A stretch of DNA of 64,000 nucleotides. Origin: Alphaproteobacteria bacterium. Its GTDB lineage: Bacteria; Pseudomonadota; Alphaproteobacteria; RF32; CAG-239. The notes under the pieces were generated by a model that was given only the letters and a program-made list of their open reading frames with translations, was not told the origin of the DNA and did no database searches. Shown one piece after another: positions 30,266-39,148 of the stretch (position 1 is the stretch's first letter; each line of letters starts with the position of its first letter). Location: contig JAFTII010000009.1 in the NCBI GenBank assembly GCA_017457005.1, positions 3,392 through 67,391 of the forward strand, in the 5' to 3' direction. The translations under genes and the position numbers were made by a program.

Positions 30266-31528
30266 ATGAAGAACTCGCGTGAACTATCAATTTTATTACT
30301 GCAAACTATTTTAGAAAACAAAATTTTTGCCTCAGAAGCAAAGTCTAAAATCATTCCGCATGATTGCCCCGATCAAGCTTTTATAAACATGTTGGTTCAA
30401 ACAAGTTTAAGACACTTGGTATATATCCGAAGTATCATCAAAACCTTTATTCGCAAAAAGCTTCCTGCAAATGCCAAAGAAGCATCTTATGCTCTAATTC
30501 TTGCAACAACTGAAGTCCTGTATCTTAACACACCCGATTATGCGGTTATTAACAGCTACGTGGAAATCATCAAAAAAAATCTTAATAAATATATTGCCGG
30601 CTTTATAAACGCGATTCTACGTAAGATATGTACAGAAAAAGAAAGATTCCGTAAAGAAGATTGCAATGCCTTTTTTCCTCAAGAGTTTCGCAGATTATTA
30701 AATTTATCATATAGCAAAAATACTGTATCTGCCATTGAGCAAGCCTCTGTCAAAGAACCTATGTTAGATATTACCGTAAAAAAAGGCGTCACAATTCCCG
30801 ATTCTCAAACACTTCCTTTAGGCTCTGTTCGCCTTTCAAACAATGGCAACATTACTTTAATTGACGGCTACTCGCAAGGCAAATGGTGGGTACAAGATTT
30901 TTCTTCGGCTCTTCCCGTAAAATTAATTCCCGAACTTAAAAACAAAAAAGTTCTTGATTTATGTTCTGCTCCGGGAGGTAAAACCGCACAACTTATATCT
31001 GAAGGAGCTAAAGTAACATCCGTTGATGTTTCGCCAACCCGTTTACAAAGACTAACCGAAAACTTAACCCGATTACAACTTCAACCGGAAAACATTATTT
31101 GTGCAGACGCCATAAAATGGCTAGAAGACTACGAAGGCGAAAAGTTTGATATAATTTTACTTGATGCACCGTGTTCCGCTACCGGAACTTTGCGCCGCCA
31201 CCCTGAATTAGTACATATAAAAAATATCAAAGATGTTGATACAATGACCAAAATTCAAAAACAAATGTTAAATAATATACCCTCAGTACTGAAAACTGAT
31301 GGTCTGCTTATTTATTGTACTTGCTCATTATCAAAACAAGAAGGCGAACAACAAATTTCTGAATTTTTACACCAACATCCGAACTTTCAAACTGTTTTAC
31401 CTCATCTGCCGCCGGAACTTAAATCTTTACAAACTACGGAAGGATGGATTCGTATTCTACCCTCACACCTTAAAGATTTAGGTGGAGCAGACGGATTCTT
31501 TATCGCAATTTTACAAAAGAGGGACTAA
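30266..31528 (+). CDS. rsmB: 16S rRNA m5C967 methyltransferase RsmB/Sun family
   Basis: DLCSAPGGKT, LLDAPCSATGTLRRHPE and YCTCS motifs. Confidence 0.85.
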   Translation: MKNSRELSILLLQTILENKIFASEAKSKIIPHDCPDQAFINMLVQTSLRHLVYIRSIIKTFIRKKLPANAKEASYALILATTEVLYLNTPDYAVINSYVEIIKKNLNKYIAGFINAILRKICTEKERFRKEDCNAFFPQEFRRLLNLSYSKNTVSAIEQASVKEPMLDITVKKGVTIPDSQTLPLGSVRLSNNGNITLIDGYSQGKWWVQDFSSALPVKLIPELKNKKVLDLCSAPGGKTAQLISEGAKVTSVDVSPTRLQRLTENLTRLQLQPENIICADAIKWLEDYEGEKFDIILLDAPCSATGTLRRHPELVHIKNIKDVDTMTKIQKQMLNNIPSVLKTDGLLIYCTCSLSKQEGEQQISEFLHQHPNFQTVLPHLPPELKSLQTTEGWIRILPSHLKDLGGADGFFIAILQKRD

Positions 31529-32448
31529 TGTTTTTTAACAAACAAGAAACTAAAACCGCAAACCCGCAATATATTTGTATTTTAGGTGCCTCGGCAACAG
31601 GATTATATTTAGCACATATTCTACAATTATTCGGACATAACGTCAGCATTATATGCTCTCCTACCGAAGCAGACGAAATGAACGCAACCGATATTATTAT
31701 AAAGAACAGTCACAAACTCCAAAACCAACGTTGCAATTTCAAATTTTGCCATGAAATTCCACCGCATACACAAATCTTGATTATTGCTTCAGATATAACA
31801 TCAATACGCCGTGATTTATTGCTTATTAACCCCCAAAATTTAATCAAAACATTTATCTTAAATCTTACACCTGTTTTTCCTTTTGGATTTACTTCTGAAA
31901 TTTTACACCACTCGGTCATAAACGGGTACTTTAACGGCTGGATTACTCGTCACAAAAACACTGTTTCGTTACTGTCCGATAATCATTATTTGGATATATC
32001 CGTATCTCCAAACGAAGATACCGAAACAAAACAGCTTTTAACTCTTTTTCCGCAAGAACGGATTGATACTAAATTTAGCACCAACAGTTCCGAAAACTTT
32101 TGGAAATGGTTGGTTCCCAACGCTTTGGCATTTTTATTTGAAACCGTGTATGACAAACCGGTTTCAACACTGATGAAATCTGCACATATCAAACAATCTG
32201 CCGATTCCTGCTTAAAAGAATTTATGAATTTAGCTTCACAAAACAACATAACTTTGAACAAAAATACTGTCCTCAACACGATATATTCACTTAATGAACA
32301 CCTATATACCGACATTAACGAACGAAAAGATTTATCACGCCTACATCTGGAAAAAATAATTTCTCTAATTTTTTCAGGTTCTTCTCCGGATTATAGACGT
32401 CATCCTTGCATTTACAATCTTGCTCAACAAATAATCAAGAAATTATAG
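31528..32448 (+). CDS. Divergent ketopantoate-reductase (ApbA/PanE)-like oxidoreductase
   Basis: The Rossmann segment ICILGASATGLYLAHILQLFGHNVSII, and FWKWLVPNALAFLF, resemble the PanE segments ITVLGCGALG and LWRKLAVNCVINPL. Confidence 0.45.
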   Translation: MFFNKQETKTANPQYICILGASATGLYLAHILQLFGHNVSIICSPTEADEMNATDIIIKNSHKLQNQRCNFKFCHEIPPHTQILIIASDITSIRRDLLLINPQNLIKTFILNLTPVFPFGFTSEILHHSVINGYFNGWITRHKNTVSLLSDNHYLDISVSPNEDTETKQLLTLFPQERIDTKFSTNSSENFWKWLVPNALAFLFETVYDKPVSTLMKSAHIKQSADSCLKEFMNLASQNNITLNKNTVLNTIYSLNEHLYTDINERKDLSRLHLEKIISLIFSGSSPDYRRHPCIYNLAQQIIKKL

Positions 32449-32526
32449 CATAACCGCACAAACATACTTGAAGAAACATCTAAAACACGTATAATAAAGT
32501 ATCTTATTTGATTAGAGGATGCTTTT

Positions 32527-33588
32527 ATGAATTTGAGTTATTTTCTTCCTTTATTATGTTTCATATTTTGCTTTGTATTTTCAATACTTATCATTCAATA
32601 TTGTATCAAAGCGCAAAAAACATGCTCGCCCGAAATAATCATAACAGCCTCTACCTTTTTGTTTACCTTAATTTATGCCTTACCACTTTCTGATACACAA
32701 GACTTCATCTCTAACCTTAATATCCGCCAATATCTAATTCCCTTCATGTCCGCCTGTGTATTAGCACTCTTATACCGCAAACCGATCAACCGTTTATTAA
32801 AATATATTTCATTTATAATTCTGATTTCTTCTATCATTTTCGGTTTTAAACTAGATATAAAAATTTTTCCGTTACTCTCACCGGAACTAAACCGTATATT
32901 TGGCGTTTTAATATGGTCTTTTATTACCCTTACTTTTTATATTACCAACCGATTAACCAACCAAATTAACTGCACTCTGATTATGTTTGGCTTTAGCTTT
33001 TTTGTGCTTTCCTTATTAGGTGCAAGTCCGAAAATTTTTGGAATATCTGCTTTATTTATGGGAGGCTCTGCGCTTGCCTGTTTTATTAAAACAGATTCTT
33101 TTCCAAAACTCAGATTATCTGATACCGGAGCTGATTGCTTAGGCTTTCTTTTAGGGTATTTCATAATTTGCAGCATCCCCGAATATAGCTTTGGTTCTGT
33201 AATGATTTTGATGTTTTTTACTATTATGGAGATTGTTTTTGCTTTAATTCAAAAAATAACCTTTCTTGACCAATTTAAAAACATTCAACTAAATACCGCT
33301 TGTGGCAAAGCCTTATCTGCCGGACTGCCTGAAAAGACTATTCTTTCCTACTGCTTCCGTATCGGATTACTCCAAACTATTTTTGCGTGCTTCCAGCTAT
33401 ACGGAAACTCACCTTATTCCTTATGGTTTATATGTGCAGTTATTATAGCTTGGCAACAATACCGCCTCATTAATTGGCAGCAATTTACTTTAAGTTTCAA
33501 AGAAACTAATAAACAAATTGCCGATAGTGTTACCGCCAACCTTTCAACTCTAAAAAAGTCTTTCAACAAAACGGATGAAAAAAAATAA
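32527..33588 (+). CDS. Polytopic membrane protein; weak MraY/WecA (GT4)-like remnant motif
   Basis: 353 aa with about 10 TM helices. SDTGADCLGFLLGY resembles the GDxGSxxLG motif of polyprenyl-phosphate sugar-phosphate transferases. No NxxNxxDGxDGL or DD motif was seen. Confidence 0.5.
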   Translation: MNLSYFLPLLCFIFCFVFSILIIQYCIKAQKTCSPEIIITASTFLFTLIYALPLSDTQDFISNLNIRQYLIPFMSACVLALLYRKPINRLLKYISFIILISSIIFGFKLDIKIFPLLSPELNRIFGVLIWSFITLTFYITNRLTNQINCTLIMFGFSFFVLSLLGASPKIFGISALFMGGSALACFIKTDSFPKLRLSDTGADCLGFLLGYFIICSIPEYSFGSVMILMFFTIMEIVFALIQKITFLDQFKNIQLNTACGKALSAGLPEKTILSYCFRIGLLQTIFACFQLYGNSPYSLWFICAVIIAWQQYRLINWQQFTLSFKETNKQIADSVTANLSTLKKSFNKTDEKK

Positions 33589-34949
33589 TGTTATTAGAGT
33601 ACCTAAAGCGCATATTTTTACAACCGAAATCGGTTAATTCTGAAGACATTTCTCCGGAAGAAGCCTTGTTAATAAATTTTAGGGTCATCGTAACAGAATT
33701 TGCAGATAATGTTGAAAGTTCAGGAGGAGAAAAACTAACTCAATACCTCAAAACCTGTGAAGGTATATCTGCATATTATTTTGATCAACCTTTTGATAAG
33801 AGCTTTCTTAATTTAGAAAGCAGAACTCTCTTTGACTTGATAGATAAAGGACAAAATATTTTAGATAAAAGTAATGCTGACATTCTTATTTGGGGGCGAA
33901 GAGAAGGCGGCAAAATCCGACTTAATTTTCAAACACCTTTTCAATACGAAACATTCGGAGACGGATATTGCTCATTGTTAGACAGCTTATATCTTCCTAT
34001 GAGCTTCTTTGAAGAACATCAAAAAAATCATCAATCTTTACTGATGTTGCTATATGGTGCAATTATCAGCTCTTTAAATCTTACCGAAAAAACACGCCAA
34101 CTACAAAAAAAATATCTCTTAAAGAAAATTATTGCAAGTTTATCTGCAGATAATTCTTCCAAATACCTTTCTGTAGAATACCTACCCTATATTATGAATT
34201 TTCTCGGATTGATTTACCTCAGTTATTGTGGACAACACCCGCAGGAAAAAGATCTCAAAATCGTAAAAAACCTGTTAGACACAGCCTTAGCTCACAATAA
34301 TCTGATAAACACACCTCTGCATCTCGGCTGCATATATTTACATCTTGGTCAAATGCACTCTCTAGCCGCTTCTCACTTTGCAAAAAAACCGGCTAACGCA
34401 TATCGTCAGGCAATAACAAATTTTCGGCTAGCTCAAAAATATTTAGGAAAATACACTTATCCTTACGATTACGGACAAATCTCATATAAACTATCCGATC
34501 TTTTTTACAATTATTGGCGGCAAAAAGAGGATCTTCAAGCTTTGAGAGATGCCGTTTTTCATCTTCGCGAAACCGAGAAAACTTTTACTTACGCACTATT
34601 TCCTGACTTTTGGTCACACATACAAGGAAAACTCGGATATTTGCTGACTCTCTTAAGCAATGTTGCCTTAAGCAACGAAATTGCCGAACTGGCTATTGCC
34701 GCTTACAAAAATCAACAAAAGATTATTACCGAAAAAAGAGATCCCTTTACATGGGCCCAAATTCAAGAAAAAATTGGCGACATATATCTTCGTCAAGGCC
34801 GAAAAGAAGCCAGTAAAGATGACTTGGAAGAAGCGTTAGAATATTTTCATGATGCTTTATATGTCTTTGAAAACATGAGCCGAACCGAAGATATTAAACG
34901 TTTAACATCTAGCATAAATAAAACCTCTAATCTTATCAGTTACCACTAA
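33588..34949 (+). CDS. Hypothetical TPR-like protein
   Basis: 453 aa. The ATG overlaps the TAA of the upstream membrane gene (TAATG). Helical repeats such as WAQIQEKIGDIYLRQGRKEASKDDLEEALEYFHDAL. Confidence 0.5.
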   Translation: MLLEYLKRIFLQPKSVNSEDISPEEALLINFRVIVTEFADNVESSGGEKLTQYLKTCEGISAYYFDQPFDKSFLNLESRTLFDLIDKGQNILDKSNADILIWGRREGGKIRLNFQTPFQYETFGDGYCSLLDSLYLPMSFFEEHQKNHQSLLMLLYGAIISSLNLTEKTRQLQKKYLLKKIIASLSADNSSKYLSVEYLPYIMNFLGLIYLSYCGQHPQEKDLKIVKNLLDTALAHNNLINTPLHLGCIYLHLGQMHSLAASHFAKKPANAYRQAITNFRLAQKYLGKYTYPYDYGQISYKLSDLFYNYWRQKEDLQALRDAVFHLRETEKTFTYALFPDFWSHIQGKLGYLLTLLSNVALSNEIAELAIAAYKNQQKIITEKRDPFTWAQIQEKIGDIYLRQGRKEASKDDLEEALEYFHDALYVFENMSRTEDIKRLTSSINKTSNLISYH

Positions 34950-34965
34950 TAATAGGAATCAAAAA

Positions 34966-35679
34966 ATGCGCAACAACAATCGCCCTAATAATTGCTTACG
35001 AGATATAGAACTTATTCCTCACTTTAACCCTTATGCTGAAGGATCTTGTTTGGTAAAATATGGCAATACACATGTCATCTGCACTGCCAGCGTGGAAGAA
35101 AAACTTCCTGCTTGGCTAAAGGGACAAAATCAAGGCTGGATAACTGCAGAATACTCTATGTTGCCACGCTCTGCTCAAACAAGAATTCCTCGTGAAAGCA
35201 AAAAACCCTCCGGAAGAACCCAAGAGATACAGCGACTGATTGGACGTTCTTTACGCTCAGTTGTAGATTTATCACAGCTTAAAGATATTTCTATTTGTAT
35301 TGACTGCGACGTAATTCAAGCAGATGGAGGAACCCGAGTTGCTTCAATAACAGGAGGCTTTGTAGCTCTTTATATCGCTATTCAAAATCTCATATCACAA
35401 AAAAGACTAAAAACCAACCCGATAAAAGAATTTATTGCCGCTGTCTCATGCGATATTTATAACGGGCAAGCTATTTTAGATGTAGATTACCTTGAAGATT
35501 CAAATTCACAAGTAGATATGAACTTTGTAATTACAGAAAGTGGAAAATTAGTAGAGATACAAGGTACTGCCGAAGGCGAACCTTTTAGTGAAGAACAATT
35601 CCACCAAATGCTGTCTCTCGGCAAAGAAGGAATCAAACAAATCATAAAAAAACAAAAAGAGGCACTAGGAATAAAATAA
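34966..35679 (+). CDS. rph: Ribonuclease PH
   Basis: GSCLVKYGNTHVICTAS, EYSMLPRS, DCDVIQADGGTR. Confidence 0.95.
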   Translation: MRNNNRPNNCLRDIELIPHFNPYAEGSCLVKYGNTHVICTASVEEKLPAWLKGQNQGWITAEYSMLPRSAQTRIPRESKKPSGRTQEIQRLIGRSLRSVVDLSQLKDISICIDCDVIQADGGTRVASITGGFVALYIAIQNLISQKRLKTNPIKEFIAAVSCDIYNGQAILDVDYLEDSNSQVDMNFVITESGKLVEIQGTAEGEPFSEEQFHQMLSLGKEGIKQIIKKQKEALGIK

Positions 35680-36270
35680 ATGTTTAAAAAAATACTTTTG
35701 GCCACTCACAATCTTAATAAAGTAACAGAACTCAAAGCAATGCTTTCTCCTTATAACATAGAAGTATTGTCTGCTGCAGATTTAGACTTACCTGATGTTG
35801 AAGAAACCGGAACAACTTTTGCGGAAAACGCATCTCTCAAAGCTGAGATTCTTTCAAAAATAACATCTCTTCCTTGCTTGGCTGATGATTCCGGATTATG
35901 TGTAGATGCTCTTAATGGGCGTCCCGGTGTATATTCTGCACGTTACGCTCCAAATCGTAATTTTGATATTGCTATGGAAAATCTTCTTAAAGAAATATCA
36001 GATAGCGGATCATCAAACCGAAAAGCTCATTTTTCTTGCGTTTTGGCATTTAAAGTTCCTCAACAATCTGTCCGAATTTTTGAAGGACGCGTAAATGGAA
36101 AAATCTCATTTGAAAAAAAAGGAACTTCCGGTTTTGGATTTGATCCGATTTTTATACCTGAAGGATATAATCAAACTTTTGCAGAAATGAGTGCGGAACA
36201 AAAAGCTTCTTTATCACACCGCGGACTGGCTTTGCAAAAATTTATCAGCGAGGTATTTAAAACTGTCTAA
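35680..36270 (+). CDS. rdgB: dITP/XTP pyrophosphatase (RdgB/HAM1 family)
   Basis: ILLATHNLNKVTE, DDSGLCVDALNGRPGVYSARY, GFGFDPIF, SHRG. Confidence 0.9.
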   Translation: MFKKILLATHNLNKVTELKAMLSPYNIEVLSAADLDLPDVEETGTTFAENASLKAEILSKITSLPCLADDSGLCVDALNGRPGVYSARYAPNRNFDIAMENLLKEISDSGSSNRKAHFSCVLAFKVPQQSVRIFEGRVNGKISFEKKGTSGFGFDPIFIPEGYNQTFAEMSAEQKASLSHRGLALQKFISEVFKTV

Positions 36271-39148
36271 AATATATAACATATCAGCAAGTAATAGCTT
36301 TGCCGACGTTTTAGCTTCAAGGCTCCTTTCAAAATATAAGAATTCCCCCTTGGAGCTATCAAATGTTTTATTACTGCTTCCCAATCGTAGAGCTTGCCAA
36401 ACAATGGCAAATGCCTTCATTCGTCAACAAGGAATGGCGCCCACCCTTTTACCGCAAATGCGCCCTTTAGGCGATGTTGACGAAGATGAAGTATATTTCG
36501 GCTACAATGCTGCCAATATCATAGAAAAAGATTTATTGCCAGCCATTTCTCCTTTAGAACGGACATTATTATTTATGCGCATAATTCTTTCACGTCCGCA
36601 AGAATTCGGTGCTGAAAAAATATCTCTTTATCAAGCTTGTTCTCTTGCTCAAGAACTCGGACATTTAATAGATACTGCTCAACTTGAAGACTTAGATTTT
36701 TCCAATTTAGCACATCTTGTTCCTGAAGAATATGCAACTCATTGGCAAGAAACTCTAAAATTTTTAGAAATCATTACCAAAAATTGGCCATTAATACTTG
36801 CAGAAAGAGGAGTTGTTGATTCCAGTCAACACAAAAAAGGAGCTCTTTTAAAACAAGCTCTGCTTTGGGAACAGACACAACCTCAAAAACATATTATTAT
36901 CGCTGCTTCAACAGCAACTTACCCATCCATGCAAAAACTTGCTAAAACCATATATCACCTCCCTAAAGGAGAAATTATTCTTTATGGTTTAGATAAATTA
37001 TTAGACACTAATGCTTGGAAGGCTATAGATGAATCTCATCCTCAATTTGAGCTAAAGAAATTATTAGAATATTTGGAAATAGAGCGTGACAATATACCGG
37101 ACATCATTGCGCCAAAGAATCTTGCCAGAGAGCGTTTTATTTCCGAAATAATGCGTCCGGCAGCACAAACCGATAGTTGGAGAAATCTTCATTCTATGCA
37201 ACAAGATGAGATTAATTCTGATGGAATTCACCTCATTAACTGTGCAGATATACGCGAAGAAGCTGCAAATATTGCCCTCATTATGCGTCATACACTTGAA
37301 ACTCCGGAAAAAACAGCAACCTTAATCACTCCGGACCGCAACCTTGCACGACGAGTTTCTTCTGAACTAAAACGGTGGAACATAAATGTTGATGATACCG
37401 CAGGTGTTCCTTTATCTTTAACCTCTTGGGGTATATTTATGAGACTGATTATATCGGCCTCACAACCCGAGGCAAGCAAAGAAACGACTCTTTCCTTGTT
37501 AAAACACCCTCTATGCGGACTAAAACTTACTCCTCAAGAAGTCCTTTTTCAAACACGTCACTTAGAAAAAAACATTTGGAGATCTGATGCTCCTCAATCA
37601 GATGAAAACTCCTTATTGGAGAATTTGCAAAAGTACCTTACTCCTCTAACTGAGCTATACAATCAACCGAATGCATCTTTAAACCAACTGCTTCAAACAC
37701 ATATTCGGATTGCTGAAACATTAGCTACAACTGCCTCAATTGATGGCGATAAAATATTATGGAAAGGAGAAGCCGGAAACAGCGGAGCCAATTTCATCAA
37801 TAAAATATTATCCTGTGCAAATATTCTACCGGAAATAGATCCGAAGGAATATTTAGGCCTATTTGAATCTCTTTGTTCTCAAATATCTGTTCGCAGTCGT
37901 TACGGAACTCATCCTCGGTTAAAAATCATGGGTCCCATAGAAGCAAGATTAACTTTATCTGATATTACAATAATAGGCAGCTTTAACGAAGGAATATGGC
38001 CTCAAAGCACAACCGCAGACCCTTGGATGTCACGTCCTATGAAAAAAGATTTCGGTTTTCCTTTGCCCGAAAAATCAATTGGCATTTTAGGACTAGATTT
38101 GAGTTGCTTTATGGGAGCTAAAGAAATATTTATTACCAGATCCGAAAAGGTTGATGGAACTCCCACACTAAAATCTCGCTGGTTAATGCGTTTAGAAACT
38201 GTTCTTCACGCATTAAACATTCCTTTATCCTCTTTAGATTGCCCCGCATATCAATATACCGCTAAAAATATTGATGAACCGGATTCTTTTTCTAAAGTAT
38301 CAGCACCAACCCCCAGACCACCTTTAAACTACAGACCCCGGCAGCTTTCAGCCAGTGGAATAGAACTCCTTATGCGAGATCCCTATAGTGTTTTTGCCAA
38401 ATATATATTGAAATTAAAACCCTTGAAAGATCTATCTCAAGAACCCACATTAGCAGACTTTGGTAGTATCATTCATAAGATTCTTGAAGAATTTAACAAC
38501 AAATATTCTCAAGAATTTCCTTCTGACGGCTTAGAACAGCTCCTAAAAATCGGCAAAGAAATTTTCTTTTCCGATCCCAAATTAAAAAACAAAAAATCTT
38601 TTTGGTGGCCCAAATTTTCTAAGATGATTGAACATTTATCATTACTGGAAAAAGAATATCGTCCGACAATCCAAAAAATTCATAATGAAGTTGAAGGTTC
38701 GCTTACAATTTCTGATTTGCCAAACGGAGAATTTACCATAACCGCAAAGGCTGACCGCATTGATGAGACCAAAGACGGCAAGATAAATATTATTGACTAC
38801 AAAACCGGAAAATCTCGCTCGGTAAAAGAAGTATCATTAGGTTTTGCTCCTCAATTACCTATAGAAGGACTGATTGCTCAATCCGGAGGATTTAAAGGCA
38901 TTAAAGCCAAAGAGGTTAATCAACTTATATATTGGCAACTCGGACGCAAAGATATTGTTATTGAAGATAAAATATCTCAAATTCTTTCTGATAACAGACA
39001 AAACATCAAAGAATTACTTAATATTTTTGATTTTGAAACAACTCCATACACATGCAACCCAAACCCTAAAAGAGTTCCTGAATATTCTGACTACGAACAT
39101 TTGGCACGCATTAAAGAGTGGTATATAAACGAGGATGAAGATGACTGA
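36191..39148 (+). CDS. addB: Double-strand break repair protein AddB (alphaproteobacterial type)
   Basis: 985 aa with a C-terminal PD-(D/E)xK nuclease motif (ADRIDETKDGKINIIDYKTGK), directly upstream of addA. The ORF-track ATG overlaps rdgB by 80 nt, so the true start is uncertain. Confidence 0.8.
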   Translation: MRNKKLLYHTADWLCKNLSARYLKLSKIYNISASNSFADVLASRLLSKYKNSPLELSNVLLLLPNRRACQTMANAFIRQQGMAPTLLPQMRPLGDVDEDEVYFGYNAANIIEKDLLPAISPLERTLLFMRIILSRPQEFGAEKISLYQACSLAQELGHLIDTAQLEDLDFSNLAHLVPEEYATHWQETLKFLEIITKNWPLILAERGVVDSSQHKKGALLKQALLWEQTQPQKHIIIAASTATYPSMQKLAKTIYHLPKGEIILYGLDKLLDTNAWKAIDESHPQFELKKLLEYLEIERDNIPDIIAPKNLARERFISEIMRPAAQTDSWRNLHSMQQDEINSDGIHLINCADIREEAANIALIMRHTLETPEKTATLITPDRNLARRVSSELKRWNINVDDTAGVPLSLTSWGIFMRLIISASQPEASKETTLSLLKHPLCGLKLTPQEVLFQTRHLEKNIWRSDAPQSDENSLLENLQKYLTPLTELYNQPNASLNQLLQTHIRIAETLATTASIDGDKILWKGEAGNSGANFINKILSCANILPEIDPKEYLGLFESLCSQISVRSRYGTHPRLKIMGPIEARLTLSDITIIGSFNEGIWPQSTTADPWMSRPMKKDFGFPLPEKSIGILGLDLSCFMGAKEIFITRSEKVDGTPTLKSRWLMRLETVLHALNIPLSSLDCPAYQYTAKNIDEPDSFSKVSAPTPRPPLNYRPRQLSASGIELLMRDPYSVFAKYILKLKPLKDLSQEPTLADFGSIIHKILEEFNNKYSQEFPSDGLEQLLKIGKEIFFSDPKLKNKKSFWWPKFSKMIEHLSLLEKEYRPTIQKIHNEVEGSLTISDLPNGEFTITAKADRIDETKDGKINIIDYKTGKSRSVKEVSLGFAPQLPIEGLIAQSGGFKGIKAKEVNQLIYWQLGRKDIVIEDKISQILSDNRQNIKELLNIFDFETTPYTCNPNPKRVPEYSDYEHLARIKEWYINEDEDD

